From a candidate division WOR-3 bacterium (GTDB taxonomy: Bacteria > Hydrothermota > 32-111): a stretch of 64,000 bases of DNA. The notes under the pieces were generated by a model, which did not search any database, had not been told where the DNA came from, and worked only from the letters and a program-made list of their open reading frames with translations. Shown here piece by piece: positions 57,251 to 64,000 of the stretch (the stretch's first letter is position 1; every line of letters begins with the position of its first letter). The stretch spans positions 224,001 to 288,000 of the forward strand of contig JBBFKX010000001.1 in the NCBI GenBank assembly GCA_037481815.1, read 5' to 3'. The translations under genes and the position numbers were made by a program.

Positions 57251-57336
57251 TGTGGATAAGTGTGGGGAGAAAATGTGGAAAAGGGATGTAAGTGTCGAGA
57301 AAATAATGAAAAATGATGTAAAGGAAATGTGGAAAA
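57251..57336. promoter_or_regulatory. Cluster of TGTGG motifs resembling DnaA boxes
   Basis: TGTGGATAA (57251), TGTGGGGAG (57261), TGTGGAAAA (57274 and 57328). Confidence 0.45.
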
Positions 57337-58095
57337 ATGGTTAATTTCTTTTCTTTATCAAGTTGTTCTGATGGTAACTCTTTTGTGCTATATTCAAATC
57401 CTGAAGAACTTATACTTATCGACGCTGGACTTTCATATAGGAAAACCAAAAAACTTCTGGAATCAAAATCGCTTTCGATTGAAAATTTAAAAGCAATCGT
57501 TATAACCCATTTTCACCGTGATCATTTTATAGGTCTTGAATCTATTCTGAAAAAGAATCCATCAATAAATTTATATTTTAACGATAATTATAAAAGTCAT
57601 TATCAAAATCACCTTTTTAAAAAACCTTTTGAGTTTGGAAAAAGTTTTTCTGTGTTCGGCTTTGAGTTTTTCCCATTCGAAATTTCACATGATATGTTAA
57701 ATACCGGCTTTATAATAAATTATCACGACTCAAAAATTGGATTCCTTTCAGATATGGGACAATTTGATGATAATCTGATTCCTCTCTTAAAAGATATCAA
57801 GGTTCTTGTGATCGAATCAAACCATTCAAAAGAAGGTCTTCATAAATCGAAATATTCTGACTCATTAAAACAAAGGATACTTTCTGAAAATGGGCACTTG
57901 TCAAATGATGATACACTTAAAGTTATAAAAAAACTTTATAATGAAAATATAAGATACATATTTTTACATCATTTAAGTAAAAGAACCAACTCCCCTGAAA
58001 TTGTCTATAACGAAGTTATCTCACTTTTTCCATCTGAAAAAACAAAATTTGTTATCTCTCCTTACAACTCGCCTTCAGAAACGATAACTTTATAG
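57337..58095 (+). CDS. MBL-fold metallo-hydrolase (YycJ/WalJ/PhnP-like)
   Basis: SSCSDGNS, IDAG, THFHRDH, SHD, IESNH, RILSENGHLSN, HLS..TN. Confidence 0.88.
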   Translation: MVNFFSLSSCSDGNSFVLYSNPEELILIDAGLSYRKTKKLLESKSLSIENLKAIVITHFHRDHFIGLESILKKNPSINLYFNDNYKSHYQNHLFKKPFEFGKSFSVFGFEFFPFEISHDMLNTGFIINYHDSKIGFLSDMGQFDDNLIPLLKDIKVLVIESNHSKEGLHKSKYSDSLKQRILSENGHLSNDDTLKVIKKLYNENIRYIFLHHLSKRTNSPEIVYNEVISLFPSEKTKFVISPYNSPSETITL

Positions 58096-58096
58096 T

Positions 58097-60202
58097 TTAT
58101 TTAGTTATACCCCAAACATAATAAAGTAAAAATGCATTGTCAAACGCTATCTCTTCATACCAATTATATTTACCTGAATTTCCACCATGTCCAGCATTCA
58201 TTCTCATCTTTAAAAGTAAGAGGTTGTTATCAAGTTTATTATCTCTCATTTTGGCAACCCATTTCAATGGTTCCCAATACATAACCCTTGTGTCATAAAA
58301 TGATGATTTCACAAGGATTATTGGATATTTTTTTGGTTGAATATTGTCATAGGGGCTATATTTTATCATATAATCGAACTGCTCTTTTATCTGTGGGTTG
58401 CCCCATTCTTCAAACTCCCCTACAGTGAGTGGTAAAGTTGTATCAAGCATCGTGTTTATAAGATCAACGAAGGGAACACCAAGGATTGCTCCTTTGAAAA
58501 GATGTGGTTTCATGTTCAAAACGGAACCTATCAAAAGTCCTCCGGCACTTCCACCTTCTATTGCGAGTTTGTCCTGAGATGTATATCCTTTCTGAATAAG
58601 ATATTCAGCACAAGAAATGAAATCAGTAAAAGTGTTCATCTTTTTAAACATCTTTCCATCAAGATACCATTTTCTACCTTTGTCCCCACCTCCCCTGATG
58701 TGTGCTATACCGTATATCACTCCCCTATCGAGCAAAGATAACCTTGATGTTGAAAAGTATGGGTCTGATGGAGCGCCATAAGCCCCATATCCTGTTAAAA
58801 GTAAAGGACGATTTTCTGGCTTGAATTTTTTATTGTAAACGAGTGATATCGGGATCATCTCTCCATCTGGTGCTTTTGCATAGATATATTCGGTTACATA
58901 ATTTTCTTTTTTATAACCTTTTATTTCATCTACTTTTTTCACAACACTTTTTAAACTCCATACATCGATATCTATCACAGTTGAAGGTGTCTTTAAAGAC
59001 ATATAGGAAACTCTTAACGAATCCCTTTTAAAAGATGAGTTTGAAAATGGATAAAAAGTGCAATTCTCTTCACCAAAATCAAAATATTTTGATTCACCAC
59101 TATCAAGGTAGTAAAATTTTAACTTTTTTCGTCCATTAACCCTTTCATAGACAGATAAGAATTTTTCAAATGCATCAAAACCTTCAATCATGAGGGTATC
59201 TGAACCTTTGATAACCGTATAAGAGTTTTCTATTGTTGAATCGATTCTGAATCTTTTTAAGTCGAAATTAACACAATCTTTATTTGTTAAAAAGTAAAAA
59301 TATTTCCCTGATTGATCAAACGAATATTCAACTCCATCTTCCCTTTTCACAAGTGGTTTCATAACCAATTCTCTATCACCACTTTCAATGTAGTAATATT
59401 CAGATGTTGTTGAACTGGAAACTGAGACCAATATGTAATCTTTATTTCTTGTTTTGTTAATATAAACCGAAAATTTTTCATCTTTCTCTTCATAAAGAAG
59501 TGTATCCTTTCCTGTTCTCATATCGTAAAATTTTAAAGCATAAGATCTTGAAATATCATTTTGAATCGTGTAAAAAAATCCATCGTTGTATCTGTTGAAT
59601 GCAAAAGATGTGATATTATCGATAACCGGTAAAGCGATATTTTGTTTTGTTTTCAAATCGAGGATTCTTAAAGTGTAATTCTCATTTCCCAGAGTATCAA
59701 AAGAATAGGACAGCATCCTGTGATCAGTTGAAATCTCTCCAAAATTCAAATCGAAGAAAGCATAATTTTTCGCATATTCGTTCACATCAATAATAACTTC
59801 CTCTTTTGCACCTTCTTTATCTTTTTTTCGACAAAAGATTGTATAGTCCTTTCCTTTCAAATCCTTATAATAGTAAAGGAAAGAATCCCTTCTTTCTGGA
59901 ACAGAAATATCATCCTTATCCACTTTTTTTAAAATCTCGTTAAAAAGTTGTTTCTGTAAATTTTTTGTTTTTATCATTATTTTTTCAGTATATTCGTTTT
60001 CTTGATCGATATAGTCCAGCACCCTTTTATCATCACTATTTCTGAAATAAAAATAATCATCAACAAGAGTTGTATCATGTATATTCAAATAATGTGGTTC
60101 TTTTATCGCATCAGGTGGAGTCAAAGATTTAAGTTGTTTTGAAAAACTGAAAACGAAAACTAAAAGAACGATTAAAATAATTACACTTTTTGATTTTTTC
60201 AT
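58097..60202 (-). CDS. ptrB: Oligopeptidase B (S9A) with signal peptide
   Basis: GYGAYG, AHIRGGG, GGSAGG, DTRV.YWEP.KW, GHGG; SD aaggag before ATG 60202. Confidence 0.9.
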   Translation of the reverse strand: MKKSKSVIILIVLLVFVFSFSKQLKSLTPPDAIKEPHYLNIHDTTLVDDYFYFRNSDDKRVLDYIDQENEYTEKIMIKTKNLQKQLFNEILKKVDKDDISVPERRDSFLYYYKDLKGKDYTIFCRKKDKEGAKEEVIIDVNEYAKNYAFFDLNFGEISTDHRMLSYSFDTLGNENYTLRILDLKTKQNIALPVIDNITSFAFNRYNDGFFYTIQNDISRSYALKFYDMRTGKDTLLYEEKDEKFSVYINKTRNKDYILVSVSSSTTSEYYYIESGDRELVMKPLVKREDGVEYSFDQSGKYFYFLTNKDCVNFDLKRFRIDSTIENSYTVIKGSDTLMIEGFDAFEKFLSVYERVNGRKKLKFYYLDSGESKYFDFGEENCTFYPFSNSSFKRDSLRVSYMSLKTPSTVIDIDVWSLKSVVKKVDEIKGYKKENYVTEYIYAKAPDGEMIPISLVYNKKFKPENRPLLLTGYGAYGAPSDPYFSTSRLSLLDRGVIYGIAHIRGGGDKGRKWYLDGKMFKKMNTFTDFISCAEYLIQKGYTSQDKLAIEGGSAGGLLIGSVLNMKPHLFKGAILGVPFVDLINTMLDTTLPLTVGEFEEWGNPQIKEQFDYMIKYSPYDNIQPKKYPIILVKSSFYDTRVMYWEPLKWVAKMRDNKLDNNLLLLKMRMNAGHGGNSGKYNWYEEIAFDNAFLLYYVWGITK

Positions 60203-60289
60203 CACATCTCCTTTCATATTCAATATATGGTAATCATTTTGAAACAAGATTCAAGTGGGATAGACGAAGATAGATATCGTAAAAAATTT

Positions 60290-60910
60290 TTAAGATTCTT
60301 GATAATCTTCTTTAGGTAAATCCTTTATTTTTTTTGCAGGATTACCAGCAATAACACAATGACCTTCCGGAAAACTTTTTGTAACTACAGATCCAGCCCC
60401 TACCACGGTATTTTTCCCCAATTTAACTCCAGGCAATATAACAGCATTCATTCCTATCCAACAATTATCTTCAATAATAACGTTTTCTCCTTCTTTATGT
60501 TTTGAAGGATCAAAGGGATCATGGTTTGTTGCAATTATTCCAACATTGGGGGCTATCCAGACATTTCTACCAATTATTATTCCTCCATTTTTATATGCTT
60601 GAAAATATGAACCTGGAGCTTGAAAAATGTTTATGGAATCGGGATCACAATTTATATTATTAAAATCGATTACTTTACAGAAAGGAGATATTGGAAACGG
60701 AACAGTATTGTTTACATGTAAAAATAATCGTCCATTAAAGTCTCTAATTATCCACATCCATCCTGGTGCATCAAAAAAATATTTTTGTCCTTTAAACCAT
60801 TTATTTTTAAGATATTTTTTGTCATATAAAAATAATGATATTAATTTTGCAAAAAGAAAAACCAGAAATAAATAAAAGTTTTTAACTAAAACTTTCATTT
60901 TTAAATTCAT
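60290..60910 (-). CDS. Hexapeptide-repeat sugar O-acyltransferase
   Basis: IGRNVWIAPNV, NCWIGMNAVILPGV, GAGSVVTK, AGNPAK. Confidence 0.88.
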   Translation of the reverse strand: MNLKMKVLVKNFYLFLVFLFAKLISLFLYDKKYLKNKWFKGQKYFFDAPGWMWIIRDFNGRLFLHVNNTVPFPISPFCKVIDFNNINCDPDSINIFQAPGSYFQAYKNGGIIIGRNVWIAPNVGIIATNHDPFDPSKHKEGENVIIEDNCWIGMNAVILPGVKLGKNTVVGAGSVVTKSFPEGHCVIAGNPAKKIKDLPKEDYQES

Positions 60911-62372
60911 CCTCCAGTTTATAATTATTTAAATATTTCCATAAATGAAGAATTTTTTTTCTAAATACAAAAATAAAGTAGAAAATTGAAAATAGAAATG
61001 ATAAAACTATAAAAGATAAATAAGAATTTATTTTGAATTTTAGAATAAAAATTTTCAAAATCTCTAAAATTATCGAAAAAAGAAAAGTTACTAATATAAT
61101 TTTAACAATTGTATTCCATTTAAAAATTTTAAAAAAACTATAGCCAATCATTTTTGAAGTATAGATAAGTTGAAAAAAAGCTACAACAGATAAAGATAAT
61201 AAAGTTGCTATTGCTGGACCTATAAAACCAATTAATTTTATGAATAATATATTAAGAAACAAATTTAAAATTAGAGATATTAAAGACGAATAAAAAATAA
61301 ATTTTGTTTTACCCGAGGCGTTTAATAACATACCAAAATATGTAAATTTTAAAAACAGAAGGAGAGAATATATTCTAAAAATGGGAACAGATTCAATATA
61401 TTTCTTTGAATAAAGTAATGTCACAATTTCTGGAGCAAAAACTAAAAAAATTACTATAAAATAAGAAATAAACATTAGTGATAGTTCATTTGTCTTATTC
61501 CAAAGTTCAAATACCATTTTATAATTTTTCCTTTTAATCTCCCTAACAATAATAGGCATAAGAATTGATATTAAAGAACCTGATATTATTGTAACAGGCA
61601 TTTCTTTTGATCCATTTGTATAAATTGCGAGTTTTTCAGTATCAAAGAATCTACCTATAATAAATTTATCAAGTTCTATATTTATTGTTGAAATAGTTGT
61701 CGCAAGTCCTAAAGGAATTGAAAATTTTAATATACTTTTCAAAATTCTATTTTCAATTTTGAATTTGAATTTATTAACATAAAAATAAATGTATAAAAGA
61801 AAAATAATAGATACAATTAGTTCAATTGCAAGATAAAATGTCAAAAATGTTTTAAAATTACTTTTAAAAATAATGTTCAAAGAAACAGTAATAAGGAGTA
61901 AGGCAGAATGAAATATTTTGAAAAATAATAAATTTTTTGTTTTATTTGAAACTATCAAAATATTGTCAAAACTTGATTTACTGATAATTGCAAAAGGTAA
62001 AATAAAAAAAACGATCGAATATGATATTAAATCATTGTTGTTGAAATATTTTGCGAAGAATGAATCAGTTAAAATGAGGGTAACTCCGATAATTACCGAA
62101 ATAAAAATAGAGAAAGTATAAAAAATTGATAAAAAATTGCTTCTTCCTTCAACATTATCCTCTTTTGCCATAAAGTAATTAACACTTGAAGCAAGTCCAA
62201 AACCAAGAACTATAGTAGCAAAATTGGAAATAAGTAAAATTTGAGAAAAAGTTCCATATTCTTTTAGAGTTAAAAACCTTGTAAGAATCATTAAATATAT
62301 TATCATCACAACAAGATTTATAAATCTTGTAATTGTCAAAATCAATGAATTAGTAGCAATTTTTATGTTCAT
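60882..62372 (-). CDS. Wzx-type oligosaccharide flippase
   Basis: LTRFL..EYG, FSIPL..LDKFII, GFIGPAIAT; many TM. Confidence 0.88.
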   Translation of the reverse strand: MNIKIATNSLILTITRFINLVVMIIYLMILTRFLTLKEYGTFSQILLISNFATIVLGFGLASSVNYFMAKEDNVEGRSNFLSIFYTFSIFISVIIGVTLILTDSFFAKYFNNNDLISYSIVFFILPFAIISKSSFDNILIVSNKTKNLLFFKIFHSALLLITVSLNIIFKSNFKTFLTFYLAIELIVSIIFLLYIYFYVNKFKFKIENRILKSILKFSIPLGLATTISTINIELDKFIIGRFFDTEKLAIYTNGSKEMPVTIISGSLISILMPIIVREIKRKNYKMVFELWNKTNELSLMFISYFIVIFLVFAPEIVTLLYSKKYIESVPIFRIYSLLLFLKFTYFGMLLNASGKTKFIFYSSLISLILNLFLNILFIKLIGFIGPAIATLLSLSVVAFFQLIYTSKMIGYSFFKIFKWNTIVKIILVTFLFSIILEILKIFILKFKINSYLSFIVLSFLFSIFYFIFVFRKKILHLWKYLNNYKLEDEFKNESFS

Positions 62373-63601
62373 TTTTTGCTTAACTCAATCTTTATATTTT
62401 TTTCTCTTCTTGCAGTCCTTTCTATAAGTTCTACTTCTTTATCAAACCTTTCCTCTATAGATAAAAATCTTTCAAGAGCAGTTTTTCTCGCATTTTGTTT
62501 TACAAAATTTGTATCTATATCCCCTTTCAAAATTTTAATTACAACTTCTGCTGCTTCTTCTTCATTTTCAACTAAAAATCCATTATACCCGTTAATAATA
62601 TATTCTTCAAGTGCTCTATTTTTTAATGAAATAATTAAAGAACCTATTGAAAATATTTCGAAAAAAACATTACCTAAATTTGAATAATCTGCCATAAGTA
62701 AATTTGCAACAGCATTTTTTGCAATTATTTTTACTTCATCTTTTGGAATTTCTCTTTCAAAAAAAACTTTTTCGAAAATATTTAATTCTCGTGCCAAATT
62801 TTTTAAACTTTCATAATAATTAACTGAAGTTATACTTCCTGTAAAAATTAAATTTATATTATAACCTTTGCCTTCTAAAATTTTTAAAACCCTTAATACT
62901 CTGTCTTGTCTTTTCCATTCTTGGTATCTTGCTGCAAAATAAAGGTAGTTGTCTTTTGGAATTTGCTTACTGTTTTCTGGTAAACTCATGTCAATTCCTG
63001 TTTTCCAAAAATAGAATTTTATTTTACCATTATCCCATACTTTGAAAAGTTTATCACAATTTGAACCATCATCTGTAGCAATTAGAAAATTGGCACCAAC
63101 TTTAAATGAGAAAAATTCGAATAAATGTTTTAATGTGCCGATAAATTTTCCATGTTTTTTTATATCAGGATAACAAAATGTGAAATCTCCGAACAATCTT
63201 ATCCCTGTAGGTATTTTATACATCTTTCCAATAATTTGTCCTGCAAAACCTTCATAAACTTTACAATAGATAAAATCATATTTTTTTGCCCTTGTTGCTT
63301 TATAGGTGTAATATAAAAGTTGAAGAAATCTAATAATTTGTCTTATAAATCTCATAAATTTTTCTTCTGTATAAGGAGCATAAATATTTACAAGAATATT
63401 TTTTTCTCTGAACCATTTAACTTTGATATTGTATTCCCCCTTAAAATTGGAAATAAAAACAAAATCAACATTATGACCTTTCTCAACAAGTTTTTTCCAT
63501 GGATAATAAAATCCTGGAAGTCCAGAAATTTCATTTTCAGTTTTACCATTTAATATATCTTTTAAAGGAAGAGTTAAGCCTGTGACATACAATATGTTCA
63601 T
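62369..63601 (-). CDS. Glycosyltransferase family 4
   Basis: MNILYV, GHNVD, NLGNVFFE, INGYNGFLV. Confidence 0.82.
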   Translation of the reverse strand: MNILYVTGLTLPLKDILNGKTENEISGLPGFYYPWKKLVEKGHNVDFVFISNFKGEYNIKVKWFREKNILVNIYAPYTEEKFMRFIRQIIRFLQLLYYTYKATRAKKYDFIYCKVYEGFAGQIIGKMYKIPTGIRLFGDFTFCYPDIKKHGKFIGTLKHLFEFFSFKVGANFLIATDDGSNCDKLFKVWDNGKIKFYFWKTGIDMSLPENSKQIPKDNYLYFAARYQEWKRQDRVLRVLKILEGKGYNINLIFTGSITSVNYYESLKNLARELNIFEKVFFEREIPKDEVKIIAKNAVANLLMADYSNLGNVFFEIFSIGSLIISLKNRALEEYIINGYNGFLVENEEEAAEVVIKILKGDIDTNFVKQNARKTALERFLSIEERFDKEVELIERTARREKNIKIELSKK

Positions 63602-64000
63602 TTTTCTAACATCCTTTTATCTTTAAGATTTGTTAAATATAAAAGAACTATAAAATAAGACACAAACTTTTGTCTATGCCTTAAAGCAGTTCCTGTATTC
63701 CCTACTCCTGAACCAAAAATGATAGAGATAAAAACAACAACTACAATGAGAGAAAATATATAACTTCTATAAATAGGTTCAAAAATTTTTTTTCGATTCA
63801 AAACAAAATCAATTATTTTTATTATTACAATCAAATATAATAAAGAATCAAAGAGAAAAGTTATAATATCAAAAATATTTCTCCAGTCAATTGGAAGCGG
63901 AGTAATAAAAAAATAGATAAATTTAATAGGACCAATTAAAACAAGTAATAATGGAGAATCAATTTTTAAAAACTTCAAATATGCAGATCCACCCAATCTT
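63598..64000 (-). CDS. Polytopic membrane protein (Wzy-like), 5' part outside window
   Basis: GGSAYL, PLPIDW, NTGTALRHR within a polysaccharide cluster. Confidence 0.55.
   Translation of the reverse strand, partial: RLGGSAYLKFLKIDSPLLLVLIGPIKFIYFFITPLPIDWRNIFDIITFLFDSLLYLIVIIKIIDFVLNRKKIFEPIYRSYIFSLIVVVVFISIIFGSGVGNTGTALRHRQKFVSYFIVLLYLTNLKDKRMLEK

Noticed and set aside
57251..57336. Replication origin
   Set aside because: Few boxes, no dnaA/dnaN nearby, and genes converge on rather than diverge from this region next to dif

Overview
AT-rich bacterial chromosomal segment with canonical TTGACA/TATAAT promoters and strong Shine-Dalgarno sites. Six secreted proteins carry T9SS-like C-terminal domains. 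Together this suggests a non-Bacteroidota FCB-type lineage such as WOR-3/TA06 (inference only). Bases 1-54745 are coded entirely on +: a partial GT2, secreted S8 and C25 (gingipain-like) proteases, lamin-tail proteins, tadA, three tRNAs, an RRM protein, lipoproteins, pruA, an M42 peptidase, a 12-gene highly diverged Mbx/MBS-like respiratory operon, RNase P RNA, asnS, lat-tdh-kbl, proS-rimP-nusA-infB-rbfA-nrnA, wecB, purH/purL/purQ, PMM/PGM, acyP and apt. A XerCD dif-like site at 54785-54812 marks the switch to mostly minus-strand genes (probable replication terminus). It is followed by a frameshifted acyltransferase, a lipoprotein gene bracketed by 29-bp direct repeats, DnaA-box-like motifs before a YycJ-like gene, oligopeptidase B and the end of a Wzx/Wzy polysaccharide cluster. 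Most notable are: (1) an intact MBS-ordered complex lacking the known catalytic residues; (2) very dense D-[S/T]-hydrophobic putative O-glycosylation sequons in exported proteins; (3) an Lpp-like lipoprotein; (4) complementary 5' and 3' UTRs around the RRM gene; (5) promoters with a fixed 16-bp spacer, several apparently leaderless. All assignments come from reading motifs by eye; no searches were run.
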